Of a DNA stretch of 64,000 nt, positions 34,976 to 49,900 are shown in pieces (position 1 is the stretch's first letter; every line of letters starts with the position of its first letter). The notes under the pieces were generated by a model. That model ran no database searches, had not been told where the DNA came from, and was given only the letters and a program-made list of their open reading frames with translations. This DNA comes from Phoronis australis (lineage: Eukaryota > Animalia > Phoronida). The stretch lies in the NCBI GenBank assembly GCA_002633005.1, contig NMRA01000425.1:336333-400332 (forward strand), written 5' to 3'. The position numbers and the translations under genes were made by a program.

Positions 34976-37900
34976 TCACCTCTTTCCCTGAAGCATTTGT
35001 CGGACGGTCTTGACAAGTTCATCACACACGGGTTTGGTCCGCTCTATGTAGGATGTCAATGCCGAGATCTCGTCTTCAATCTACGAAAATTAAACATGTA
35101 AAAGTACAAACATAACATTAATGGGGCTATCTGCACCATACAAGTAACAGTCAAACTTGATCGGAATCCAACAAAAGTAACAAGAGCAACACGAGAGGTT
35201 GAAATGTGCCCACGAATGCATCGCAAACGGTGAGCTTTTAGGGTTGTTTATTTGTGTCATAAAAATAGTCACTAGATGGCGCAAAAACATACATTCCATC
35301 CAAAAACGGGAACGTGCCATTGCTTCTTTAACAGAAAGCTATTCACCAAATTTCATAGAAATCCATCACAGAACTTCAGAGAAACAAAGGAAAACTGAAT
35401 AAAATGAAACTGCCACAAGGGGGCACACTGTTCGTCATTGTCTGATGTTAGCTTCATATAAATACACTTACTAATTAAATTAAATAAAAATCCTGCAGTG
35501 GGTTTAGGAGATACAGTTATGGGCGCAAAACAAAACAAAACAAAACTACCACTCGGAGGCGCCACAATAGTCAAACTTGTCATCGTCAACCGTCCTCTTC
35601 ACACTGAGAACATATATGCCAATTTTCAAACCCATCCTTAGAATGATTTGTTGATAGAGGGGTAGACGCTAAAAATGACAAAAATGGCCACTAGGTGGAG
35701 CAAAATACCTTGATTCCATCCGAAAACTGGAGGAAAGCGTCATCTCAACAATAGATGCCCATATTCAAAATTTTATGAAAATCCGTTGAGGACATTTCAA
35801 GATACAGAGGTAAAGGTAAAACTAAAATTGCCACTAGGGGACACACCTGTGGTCAAATCTTTCCGAAAGTCGTTGTCATTCGTTGTCAACGTCATATAAA
35901 TACACTTCCTAAATTTAGAAAAGATCCTGCTAACAATTTAGGAAATACAGCCATGGGCACAAAAAAAAAACAAAACTGCCACTGGGAGGCACCACAGTAG
36001 TCAGTCATTGAAAAATCATTCGCAACCGTCCTCTTCATAATAAGAACATACATGCCAATTTTCACAATCATCGTAGAGTGGTTTGGTTGATAGAGGGGCG
36101 GATGCCAAAAAACGGACTCAAAAACGGTAAAAATGGCCACTAGATGGCGCAAAATACCTCGAATACATCCAAAAACAAGAGAATAGCGTCACCTTATTAA
36201 TACGTGCCTATGTGCCAAATTTCATGAAAATCTGTTGAGGAACTTTGAAGATACAGAGGCAGACATAAAAAACTAAAATTGATACTAGAGGGCACAGCGA
36301 TATTCCGGTCGGTCCGAAACTCATCGTCGTCCGTTGTTGACTTTTTATAAACACATTTGCTGCATTTAATAAAGATCCTGTAGCGCCTTTAGGAGATACA
36401 GCTATGGGCACAAAAACAAACAAAACTGCCACTAGGAGGCGCCACAGTAGTCGAAGTCGTCGGAAAATCATCGTCAACCGTCCTCTTCATGGTAAGAACA
36501 TACATGCCAATTTTTGCAATCATCCTTAGAGTGGTTTGGTTGACAGAGGGGCGGACGCCAAAAAATGGACTCCAAAATACTAAAAATGGCCACTAGATGG
36601 CCCAAAATACCTTGAATCCACCCGAAAACGTAAGGATAGCGTCACCTCATTAATAAATGCCTATGTGCCAAATTTCATGAAAATCGGTTGAGGACCTTTG
36701 AAGATACAGAGACAGACTTGGAAAAATAAAATTGCCACTAGGGAACACAGTGGTATTCGGGTCGATCCGAAACTCGTTGCCCTCTGTCATCAACCCTATA
36801 GGTATATATTTGCCAAATTTCAATAAGATTCTGCAAGGGGTTTAGGAGATACAGCCACGGACGCCGCACACCCTGACGCCCAGACATAGATGACGGCAAT
36901 ATGCACCCACATATAAATATGTGGGCGCATAAAAACGCTAATTAGCGATGATAAGGTATAATTCGGACAGATGCTGGAGTTCCCATCGTAATACAGTTGA
37001 TATATGGACAGGCACGGCAGTTGTGCATGCCACAAAAACGTCAATTACATATGAATAATCATTCATACACGTGCGGAGATACAATCGTGCAATAACTGAC
37101 TGTTATCCAATGATGGGGAAGCATTGAAGAACAATTTTTCCAAAGCTTGCACACATGTGACATAATTTTTGTAGTCTGGGAATATCACTAGGAATTGTGA
37201 AAGTTATTTCACTCACCTTACATGTTGCCAACCTTGATATAATGGCGCCAAATTATCACCAAGTACACTCTTATATTATTATTTTATATTTTATCCAATG
37301 CACAAAACGTGTAATTACAAATCACAACCTGAGTGGCCAGTGCCAGAGACTGGAATAAAGGTCAAGCGACTAACAACACCTCAAACCTGGATTTACAGAA
37401 CAATAACTCACCTGTTTCAACTCTTCTCTGATGTCATCTTCGTCTGAGTACTGACCGCGGTACTCGACTAGCCAATCAGACAACTGGACATACTGCTCTT
37501 GTAACGTTCTGCGGGTAAACCAATGGGGGAATTACAACACAATACCGAAAACACAATCTATAATATCCAACAAACTTTACCAGACAAAACACAACCTATA
37601 ATATCCACCCAACTTTACCGGACAAAAAATTGACAGTGTTAGTAGATGTTTGTCACAACCCGGTAAATAACAAATAACAGAATATCCCAGATATTGTTAT
37701 GAAATGTGACAGGATGACGTATTTCCTAGAAAACCCCAATCATGTAAAATGATTTGCAGAATGCCTTGATTTATTGAAATATTACAATATATTGTTATTA
37801 AAAATCAGTAAAACTGATTCCCATCTCCAAATAATCACAATGTACATTAGCTTTTCTATCTAAAAACCAAAAATGACTTCAGTTTTATATGGTTTAGCAG

Positions 37901-40900
37901 AACTCGACATGGGGGGGGGGCTTTCTGTTCAGCTGCAACCCTCTCACTCCCAACAAGGATTTCCAGTAGTGTCATGTAACTTAAAGCACATGTGTGGTAA
38001 CTCATTACGTGACGGTCAAAACCTGGCAAGCATTCAAATTTCAGACGTGGCAAAAGTTCACACACGAAATTCACTGTTGGTGGACATGACACACTGGCGC
38101 TGGGTATATTCATATATCACATACATGTCTGTGGAGCTAAAAAAACTTTCAATTAAGCCACTTTTCTCCTATTTTTACATTTTTGGGATATTGAATTCAC
38201 ACCTGTAATATGTAGTGCTATAAAGGTTTAATGATGCTGACAATGTAAAGTCCCTTGTCAAAACAAGGTGAATGGTAGTTTTTAAGCACTTTAAGAATTT
38301 ATGACGGAAATTTGATTTTACTCTACACACAACTATGAAAAATAATTAAATCTCACTCGAGCAAAAAAAGGCAAAGTCCCTGAAAATATATGCATAATGA
38401 GTGGCAGATTTAGAGGGGGCCAAGGGGGCCCTGCCCCCCCCACCCAATGACATTTTCTAATATTACAGCTAAGAACGGAGACCTTAATTCAGTCAACATA
38501 AACAGGGACTCACTCCTTACTTTACAGGTATTGATTTAGGGAGCAACCTGCCACTGATACCCATCCCATGATCACTACACACCACCAGTACTGACACCTA
38601 ACACCAGTCTCTTCAATACACACCACCAGTACTGACCCCAGTCTCTTCACTACACACCACCAGTACTGACCCCAGTCTCTTCACTACACACCACTAGTAC
38701 TGACCCCAGTCTCTTCACTACACANACATTCCCTGCTGCTACGACATTGATAATTACTCACGCAGTCTGCTGAAAACGGTACAGACCCTCTCTCTCTAAA
38801 GACGCCCTTAAAAAGTCGGGTTGCCGAGGTGCAGCCCGTTTGGGTCTCGGGGACCCACTGAATACAACGGGTCTGAAACAATTAATCATTGATAGAAGTC
38901 TATTAAGGTGTAATAACAATTACACATTACCAATCAGCCATATGTCAAAAACAAACTTACCAACAGCAGGGCTTAGAATGACCAATGACAAAAAGAGGAA
39001 AAATTTTCAGGTGACGTATTGTTCCACAAATAGCTTATTGTGTGATAGAAATATTTTTTGTGTAAAGTTGTGAAACTTATTATAAGTGAAATAAAATTTT
39101 TGCATGGATAAAGTCAAATTAATGATAAAAAAGAGAAGAGAAAAGAGGAAACTGGATAATAAATAAGAGGAAATCGATACCAAAAGAGAGGAAATCCTCT
39201 TAAAACAGGAAAATTCCAAGCCCTACAATAGAGAATGCTTCACCAACTGTTTCATACACAAAGTACAGTTTAGGTTAGTCTTGGAAAGAACTGTCACTAC
39301 TGAAAGGCTGCCAACAAGTTTTTCACAAAACCTGCACCCTTCATACTAAAAACACGCATTTTCCCGAAACCGAAATCTTGTAGTATAATTGTCTAATTTT
39401 TCTGAATTTCTGTTCCAGTTGTGGTGACACACACTTGAGCAACACATGTCCTCTTCAAGGAAGCAAACTTTTGATTTAGACAACACAAAAAATAAAATAG
39501 TTTCAACTTATTCCTTACTCAGAAGAGAAGTTATTTCTAGGTTTGCAAAGAACTGAGTGTGTTATTGCTTAAGACTATGCTTTGCACACAAAACAACATG
39601 CTGTGACAATAACATGCCGTGACAACAACATGCCGTGACAATAACATGTCGTGACAATAACATGTCGTGAAAAGCAAAGTTAAAGAACCTTATCTCAAAC
39701 ATTACCAAGCACTTCCTTCGTATCCCTGAAATCACCTCCACTTTTAATTTTTAAAATTTGAGAATAGTTTCATAATGGCAAGTGGTCTAAATCAAAAGTT
39801 AATTTTTGAGCTAGAAGGATTTAAATACTTAGCCACTTTGAATTTTATCAACAGGCATTGATTCAAATTTAGACCCATGACCCTTTATGTAGAAACGCAA
39901 GGTGACTTGAAACCACCCCCTACTTGTTCTACCTTAAACTAGCTGTCAAGCCACCAGATGGCAGTACAATCTTTTCTGGTGAAGACACTGATGCCGTTGG
40001 ATAAATGGACAGGCGCTGCAGACTGTGAGATGAGGGTACAGACCGTGGACGGTCAGCTTTGCGACGAGCGGTCAACCATCTCCAGTGTAGGGCACATTTG
40101 TGGACACGTCTGTAGACGCTGTAACTACTCTACAACAAAGATGAAAATAGTCTTGGGTTGATTACAATATTTGACAATGCGGCAAGTGTTATGAAATCTA
40201 CACACAAAGTAGAACAGGACTACTACCCAACAGAAAATGTAGGAAAAATAACTCCTCCCCGAACCAAAAACATGAACCAGAAAATAAAATTAATGATTGT
40301 CTGGTTTTTTGGTATTTTTTCTGAAAACTTTGAGAAAACCCATCCAGCGACTTGATAGATACAGACAGAGGTAGATGGAAAAGTAGAACTGGCGGCACAG
40401 CTCAAACTGCAAACTTGCAAGCGTCATTCTCTCAATAACAGAAGCCCACCGTAAATATTCATCAAGGAATTTGACAGAGAGCGAGAAAGTGGCCCAGGCA
40501 GATATCAGACACTGGGCAGTTGGGCTGACAAAGATGACGGCAATATACATCCACAAATGGTTCATTAGCAGGCAGCTGGTCCCAAAAATTCAAGTCAATC
40601 TCAATATGCATGCTAATCAAAACACTGAAACTAAACAGGAAATTGCAGTGTCGAGTTCGTGATTAATAGCTGGCATAACCAGAAAAAATCTGGGTGGCCC
40701 ACGACATTCTTTTTTGGCCCCACCACTCGCAATCTTGCCCAAATTGACTGCCACACAAACACATAATCCTGACGGTAAAACTTCATCGCTATGAAAAAAT
40801 TGCCAGAAAAAATGAATACGCAATAATTAATAGTGTCTTACCTGTGTTTGATGTTTTAGGGCAGCATTCGCCCTGATCTGGGACAAGTGTGAGGCAACTT

Positions 40901-43900
40901 GTAACCATTGACAACAGCCTTCCTTCAGCAGCCGGCGATGACGGTCGTCCATGGCACGTGCGTAACGCCTCTGCTTCCTGCGCCTGTCCATGAGGTATGC
41001 GTACCAATGAAGCAACATCTGAAGCAAAAAATAAATTTGAATTGCTGGTAGAAACAACAAGTACCTGGGTATTGAATATTTCATAGTCTTTATTGCTGAA
41101 GAAGGAAATTTAATCGGTATGCACCGGAAACCCTCTTCAAAATTCAGTTTAAAGGAAACAACTAATTGAAGTTGCCTTTTTTTAAAGGCGTCTACATATA
41201 CCCTTCCTAAGCAACACAGCAGCATTGTCATCCTGTCTTAGATTTGAAAAAGTTTACAGTGAATCACTCTGAATTACTGCAGTGGCCACATTGTCCTGGG
41301 GCCTGAAACTCAACCAGCATGACAAGCACCTTGATGGGCCGGGTCTGAAGCAACAAGAACCAACACATAGTAGTTGCTCAATGACATATTTGCTATAAAA
41401 CACAGTACGAAAGAAGTGCATTTTGAACAAAAATGGCAAAGAATGATCCAGGCAGTGAATGTCACTTCCAGTGATGCACACATGGTTAATTAAGGCACAA
41501 CTTTCTGGTTATTAGAATATTGAATAATATCTAGGATTACCAGAAAGTTGCAATCTAACCAAAAATGGCACAGAAAACAGTTTTCTATCCTCCAAAGTGC
41601 TTATAAATCTACATTCTGTCCAAGTGAACCTTTTAAACAGACACTTTCCAAATAGAATGTAAAAATGTTTTCAATTATTCTTCCTCACTCACTGGGAAAT
41701 GATTTCTGTTAGCAAATAACTTGCAGTTATTGCTCAAGACCATGGCAAGCTTAATTGTTGTCAGGCAACAATGAACTGTCAGAGCACTGACATCATCTCC
41801 AACTTGACTAAGGAACAGTTCAGAGAGTGGTTATTTTTGAGATGGAAGGTCGGGTTATGGCCGCCTTGAGGGAACTTACTGCAACCGGCAATTAATACAC
41901 CACCCGTTTTTTTATTTTGACCAAGAGGGCTCGACATACACAGGATGCTTATCACCTTTCGTTGCAGTACCAAGCTCCACTGCCAGAGGGCGACCACCGT
42001 CATAGTCTTCTCTTCTCTTGAGGCATGGTACCTCTCACGCCACAACAGGAAGTGAGAAGCCTTTGTATGGACCGTGTAGAACCACATACACTGGCGATGC
42101 AGCAGCTGGAATAAAGCCACGTAAACACTGGAGACAATTATCATGAAACTTTCTCACTTTTCAAATGAAAAATAACTTTTACTTTGGACATAGATGGACG
42201 ATTCGATGACGTTGCATCGATTGTTTTCAATTACTTCTCAATATTATTACCACGGTAAGTTACTGCAATTATTGTAATAATTTCTTAATGCTTTGAATTC
42301 ATAAACCTATCAAATGTCTATTAGTTAATATAGACAACTGGTTCACCTGACATTAATTAACTTACAATGTAATAATGCTTGAGTTGGTTGTCTGAGAATG
42401 ATGTTAACAGACGATTTGAACGTGCTTAAATCTACTTTTCAAAAGTGATGCTGACACCTACCGGCTGTGTTGGTCTCATGAGGTTCATTTTCCGTGTACA
42501 CAACTTCCCAAATTGAGAAATTTCTGTTGGAGTATCCCTTTAAGGTTTTCGTTCACAAAACAAGGTCATAGGTCATTATACAGCTACTGATCCAGTAAAG
42601 CCTCCTGATAACACTGACTCACCCGTTTCCTATACATCACTTGTACGTACTGACGCCAGCACAACACCACCCGACCAGTTACTACACGACTGTGGTGACA
42701 TACTGCCTGCTCGTACTTGAGACGCGCCAGCATCGCTCTGTCCTTGGCCTGCTGCCACTGGTGCAGAGCACCACGCAGCACACCTTCAATGACAAAAGTA
42801 CCAGTATTACTCAACCTAGCTACAGCCAGTAATGACTCAGCAGTACAATGTTTCAATACACAATATACTACAAGACGGAGATCACCTTGACGATGAGGAC
42901 AGCATTACGTTCAGCTTTGAACATGTGTGCAGCCTCAGCTGTCATTCCCAGAAAAAGCAACAGCACCTACACATGGATAAGATTGCCGTTACCAGGGAAA
43001 CATGTTAAACAAAAAAAACAGAGAATAAAACAGACAAGGCTATTTAATTAATTTTAATTAATTGACCAGGAAACTCGTTTATTTTCTCGGGTTTTTCGAA
43101 AGAACCTCCACCAACCACACAGAGGATATTTGGGAAAAAAGGACCGAAAGACCTCTTTGTTTCGGGACCGTTTTGCATTTCTGGCACTAGACAAAGGTAA
43201 TGTATTATTTATTCAACTTTGGCTCTAAAAATGACCATTAAAATATTTCAAAATTCATAACGACTAGCTGACAATGAAGGCGATGCTGGACTACATTTAT
43301 TAATTAGCATAGCCAAACTGCCAATAATGTAAAACATGTCTGGCAATTCAAATAAACCAAACTTAAAATTTAGCTGGAAGAAACAAATCAATTCCCCCAG
43401 TGCCATGACTACTGAGTTGAATCTTTTTAACTTAATAGCAGTCACTTCGGCCTCTCGCTTGTTTAAATGTAGTGATAACAGTATGGCTAGCACCATATAT
43501 TTTCACAGAGTCCCACCAATTTTTTCTGTGGACTCAAAATGACTATGGGAAAATGGAATTTCTGAAAGAGCCCCCTCAGAGCTCTTTCGGAAATCCATTA
43601 TTTCAGCTTCGATAATACAGCAATCATTATTTTTCTAACGTTTTGCCTTATACTTGTCTAACAAAAAGGAAGAGGCCCTTCACTTCACAGCCAGGCAACA
43701 TTAACTACATATCATTGAATCAAGATCTCTTTATAATTCATCAAATGAATACAGTACTTACATTTATCAAGAACTCTCCTAGCACTTTGTATCTCATTCA
43801 AGGACTCCCCTCGCCGGTACAAGGTCAAAGTCACATGCTCGTACCAAGCAAGCAGAAACTAGCGACAAAATAACAATTACATTATCACCGCACAAAATAC

Positions 43901-46900
43901 ACAGAAGAAAATACTTTACAAAAGATACATGTCTAACCAAGGGAAAGTCAAACTATACGTATGCACTTAGTGTAGCCACCTCACAATATCGGTGTCAAAA
44001 TATAGTTGCTACCGACATGTTTCTTGTCAAAGAAGCGGACATGGCTTAAACTACTTCTTGTTTAAAAACTGGTCTCAAACTTTCTCTGATGAAGAATCAC
44101 AAAAAAACCCAAGTCCAGGAAACACCTCTATTCTTGGGACGTAACAGTTGATACCAGTTTTATGACAAGTAAAAACTTTCTGACAATTATTTAAAAATAT
44201 TCAACATTCCCCCAAAACCAAGGACACGTAGCTGAGTTCCATTTCCCCAAACCACAAAATAGAGGTCAGAATCAGCACAGCTTCAGTACCCACCTTCCTC
44301 AGACACATCCTCTTGTAATGATCCATTGCCCTCATGTCTGCTTGTCGTTCCCAAACTCTCTCCCTAACATTCACACGCCATGTGTGCAGAGCTTGCCTCA
44401 TTGTGACCAGGTGGTGTCGATGCAGACGTTCAGACACTTGAGCCTGCACTGTCAGCGCCACACTGTGGTAAGACTTCCATGCGGACATGACTGGCTCCAC
44501 CAGTTTTCGACGCCTGAAGTTTTCCGCAACAGTCTCTTTGCGTAGTTTTTCTCTTCTGTGTGCAATGTACTGAAAATAATTTAAATAAATCATGTTCAAC
44601 AGACACAAACCATGTAGGCTGATAGGTCAATAATTCAACATGTTGCACAAACTATGCCAACGTTTCCCCATACCATACATGATTTTAAAATAAAGCAGAT
44701 GGACCTTGACTGAACTCTAACAAACCGTGCCAAGCTTTGACAGACTTCATGACTCAGCACTATCATGATGGACTGTTGTCGGTATAAAGAGAGCACAGGT
44801 GCCAAACTCTAATCAGAATTATCCTTAGAGATCCTACTGGTTCTTCTCATGCCATATATAGACTCTATTGGTTCTTCTCATTCCATATATAGACCCTATT
44901 GGTTCTTCTCATGCCATATATAGACCCTATTGGTTCTTCTCATGCCATATATAGACCCTATTGGTTCTTCTCATGCCATATATAGACTCTATTGGTTCTT
45001 CTCATGCCATATATAGACCCTATTGGTTCTTTTCATGCCATATATAGATCCTATTGGTTCTTTTCATGACATATATTGACCCTATTGGTTCTTCTCATTC
45101 CATATATAGATCCTATTGGTTAGTCTCATGCCATATAGAGATGATATTGGTTCTTCTCATGCCATATAGAGATACTATTGGTTCTTCTCATGCCATATAT
45201 AGACCCTATTGGTTCTTCTCATGCCACACAGAGACCCTATTGGTTCTTCCCATGCCATATATAGACAGTACTGGTTCTTCTCATACCATATACCACACTT
45301 ACCCGAGTCCAGCCAACCCAGACTTTTCTAAGTCCGCTGACATAACAGTGTTTACCAGCCTTTCTCTCAGACAGGTGTCTGGAAACAAAAGTCAACAAAT
45401 TTACTGGGGACATGTTTAACAAACTGTTCCAGTCAGTTTTTGCGTGTTGATGCATACACGATATACAGACTCAGCATTTCATTTTACAAATCAGCCGCCA
45501 TTTTATCAAAGTTCGTAAGATAGTATAGTTGTGTTTTCACAAAAGTGACACTGAGTTTTTGCATAAGTGAAAAGACTGCTAGGTAATCCAATGTGAACAT
45601 GATCCAAGGTCACACTCAAGCTGAGCATCCAGCTTTATAAACTATGTTGATAAATACCCATTATAAAGTTTCAGCAAAAGCATTCTTTGGGAATTGTTTG
45701 CCAGTAAACAATTAAGAAAAGACCTGGCTCTTAGCTGAAACCAGACTTATGAACTTTGATAAAATGGGTCTCCATCTCTCAACCTTTGACAAAAAGGTGT
45801 TCAGTGTTTAAACACGTCAGTTTAACCTAGAAGAAGTGCTGACATCTCCAAACAGCAGCTCCATCTACAGCATATTGCAGGAGCCAACCAGTACAATGTT
45901 TACCCATAGTTCCTGATAGCAATGTTTACCCACAGTTCCTGATAGCGATGTTTACCCATAGTTCCTGATAGCAATGTTTACCCATAGTTCCTGATAGTTT
46001 GAATAGAATAAAATGTTTTTGTAAGGACCTAATGCCAGAGCATAGGCAAGGAAAACAACACAGCTACCAAAAAGCAGTTATCTTGATGAGAAAAAGGTGC
46101 CTTTAAAAAGACTGCCCGTGTGGTTTGTGAGAGAGGAAGGTTGATTATCTCATGCCACTGCACAACAAAATGAACACAAAACAAAAAGCTTTGTGCCTTG
46201 AAAGAGACTCACTTTTTTTTCTCACATAATGTGAACTTCTTCCAAGCTTTGAAGACCCGCTTGCAGACTGCATGGTTGAGCTGTTGCTGAGCCACATCCT
46301 AACATGAAACATACACAAAACAATGACAGGTACATACTACTAAACGAAATCTTATTGGTTGAGTTTTGCAGTCATGAGATATTAACCCAAAATTATCGGC
46401 TAAGGCAAATAACTATGGCTGTTGCCGATCTGGCACTTCAAATGCCTATAATTTTAAAAGAACGAAAATTGTTTAGTTTCAGTGAATTTTTGAAGAGAAG
46501 TAAATGCCCAAATTCTGCAACATTTTAAAACTCGGTTGATAAGATTTTCAGCACCTAAAAGTACACAGAATACAAATAAATCTGGAAGGGCTGGCAATCC
46601 TGCCTACGAAGGCTGACACACAAAGACAGGTTTGACCATCTCACGTCATGGAGATAATCATAGAGCTAAACAAAGCCACCCACCTCCCTCATCCTTTCTG
46701 CAGTATGCTCCCTGGTCTGTTGTCGCCAGTACAAGATATATGCTTTCTTCATGCAGTCTTCGTAGTGTAGGATGGCCTAGTTAAAACGATATTAAGCAAA
46801 TAATTATGAACATATTCATATAGACTGAGGAGATCAAGGCTAGATGCTCACTACTAAGTCTGATTGGATTTCTGCATTTGACCGGTGGTCCTGATGGCTC

Positions 46901-49900
46901 AGAGGCTAGAGGGTCTGCACAGTTAGCAGAAGGTCACAGAAATCATTAAAAAGTATACTCATTAGGTCACGTGATGCGGCCAACAGGTGGTGTGCTGGCC
47001 AGACTTAAAATGTTTGCGAAATATTAAGCATGTTATACTAAGGTCAGGGCTTGGAATGACCAATGACAAAAAACGCGGAAAATTTTACGGCCCAAATCAT
47101 GCCCGATAACCAGCCTTTGAAATGGTCCGCGACAAAATCGGGAGGACTTAAAAAAAAAATAAATAAATAAAAAAAAAAAAAAAAAACGTTAACACCATCA
47201 GTAGCATGTGTCTGCGTCCTTTTCGTTCGCCCGTCCACTACCAACCCACACAAATTTGGCTGCAGAGCGGTAGTATTTGTCGCCGCGTCGCTTAACAATA
47301 ACACGAGCCGCCATTGAAAATCACACCACGCTTTACCCAGATGCCCCGGCAATGTTGACAATTTACGTTCCTCCGAAACATAAAGACTTCCGCTTTCCGA
47401 GGTGAACGTCGTCTGCAACGCCGCGGTAAGAAAGGAATTTGCCGCGGAAATTTCATATCAAATCCGATTTTTTTACGCGGAAATATTATAAAAAAGCGGA
47501 AAGCACATTTCAAAAAAGCGGAAATCCGCGTTTCCGCGGAAAATTCCAAGCCCTGTAATGTGCAGTACAGCACAGAACAGGTCAGCACAGTAGCTTTAGA
47601 AATTGGACAACATCGGAATTTGACAAAGTTTCCGTGCATGAAACCGTAAACTTAATTTCCATTCATTTTCAGCTAGAATCCACAAATCAATTCTGGCAAA
47701 ATTTCAACAAATCTTGACTTGGCTTGATTACCCTGTCCATTAGTCATATTTTTTTATAATTTTGACGTTTTTGAAATTTCGAATTTTCTAGTGAGTTTCG
47801 CACAAAACGAATTTCCTCAACTTATTACACAACAAAAAATCAGACAAAACAACCTGCCATTAAGGGAAATGGAACTCTGCCAATTTGTTGTGGATGTCTG
47901 TAATTTAATGAATGAAATTGCCTCAATATTTTCTGTACTGCTATAGGTCAACATTTCTCGAAAACCGCAAACACACAGCGACCAAGTATCCACCAGTTCA
48001 ATGTACCATCCAATCAGTTTACATGTGTCCCAAAGTTATCGCAAACATTCAAGCTAACCTAGTCGTAGAGAGGAAAATATCTCAGAAATTGATCAAATAA
48101 TGAAGGAAAGACCTCAGTGTACAAACCAAACCCCTCCATTACCATTCGTTCCATTTCTCTCACATCCTGGCTTTCTTCACACTTCCTCAGCCAGTCGTAG
48201 AAATACTGTGCTTGAAGGTTCTCCCTACAAGTATGGGACACAAACAATTGAATGCTTAAAGTGGAACTTGCACACTAATTCCTTATCTGTGAATACGTAG
48301 CCAAATTAATCAGAAACGCAACATATAGCACCGATGTGAATATGAAGTAGGTTGAAAATTGCCAAATGTAAGTTACGAGTTGTGTGGCAAAAATGATCTG
48401 CCACAAATCACTGAACCACGTCTAGTAAGAATCCTGACATGGTGCTGGGGAATAACACTGCGTGATGCAGGCTATGCAAGGTACGTCATTAGTGCAAAGG
48501 TCAGTCACCTATTTGCAGAATTTTTTGTTTTCATGCTTACAAGTTGTCAATGAATACAACTTCACTTTGCTTACCATAGATGATGTTAATATAGCATAAT
48601 TGTAGTTTAGTTCATGCTACACATAGTTAGGAGCATGCAAATACATCTTTAATACAGACCAGTTATGCATACAAACCAGTTATGCATATAGACCAGTTAT
48701 GCATACAGACCAGTTATGCATATAGACCAGTTATGCATACAGACCAGTTAAGCACACAGACCAGTTATGCATACAGACCAGTTATGCATACAGACCAGTT
48801 ATGCACACAGACCAGTTATGCATACAGACCAGTTATGCATACAGACCAGTTATGCATACAGACCAGTTATGCATACAGACCAGTTGTTATGCATACAGAC
48901 CAGTTATGCATACAGACCAGTTATGCATTACGCACCTTCAAAATTCATAATTTAAGCTAACCACAGTTTTTCATGTTTAAACCTAACACACTTTGTACAG
49001 CATGAATTTTGCAAACATAAAAAGTGAAAAAAGATGTTCAATATATTAACCAAATTTATAAGTCAATAAAAAATTTTTAAAAGCATAAAACAGACAATAA
49101 TCAATGGCAGACGTTTTTAAGGCCTGTTTCACCGAAGACGTTAAAAGTTTACAACCTTCTAAACTTGCATCACAATTTTAAATTAAGTCACTCACTGATT
49201 CACTAAAACAAGTTTCGACGTTTTCTGAACATTAAGTCTCATTTTAGTTTGTATTAATCTGAGACATGGAACAAATTATGACTCATGACCATAAGATTGT
49301 GCTTTCGTGAAACAGACCTCCTCGCCCTCCTACACCGGCGCTACCACAGCTCACACAAGTAAAGTGTTTTCATATTCCAAGAATTTTTCAATGTCATGAA
49401 TTTTTAAGCCAAACTTTACATTTTTCATGCATTCATTTTCTCTCAACAACCACACAAACCAATTTTTCTCTTGCCAAGATATAATCGAATCCCTGAACTC
49501 ATGACGTGGCTCATAAAATGAGTTCTCCATTCATCCAAGGACATTTTCCATCAGACTAATTAAAGTTCAATACTTTTCACATTTCAGAAGAGAAGTAGGA
49601 ATGGTGTTTAACATAACTTACCTCCTAAAGGCATTGGACTGTTCAGTAAGCTCTTTCTTCCGTCTCTGTAGCAGTACAAAGAGTTTGAAATGAAACATGC
49701 AGCGTGGGAGGACTCGCGATTTGTAGTGTTCGACAGCTCTCGCATACTGCAGCTAGATAGGGGTATCAAAATGAACAAAATTAACACACTGGCCCTGTTG
49801 GTGACCTTTCTACACTACACGTCAGTTATTTTTTCAAATGGGTGGCAACAGGCATGACCTGGACGACATGAGGAGCGGCCAGTGAGGGACAGCAAGCCTC

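Noticed and set aside
42886-42967. Extra SFI1 exon candidate (AG..GT bounded, open frame)
   Set aside because: Phase 0-0, incompatible with the phase-1 junction between 43762 and 42783; no Sfi1 Trp motif.
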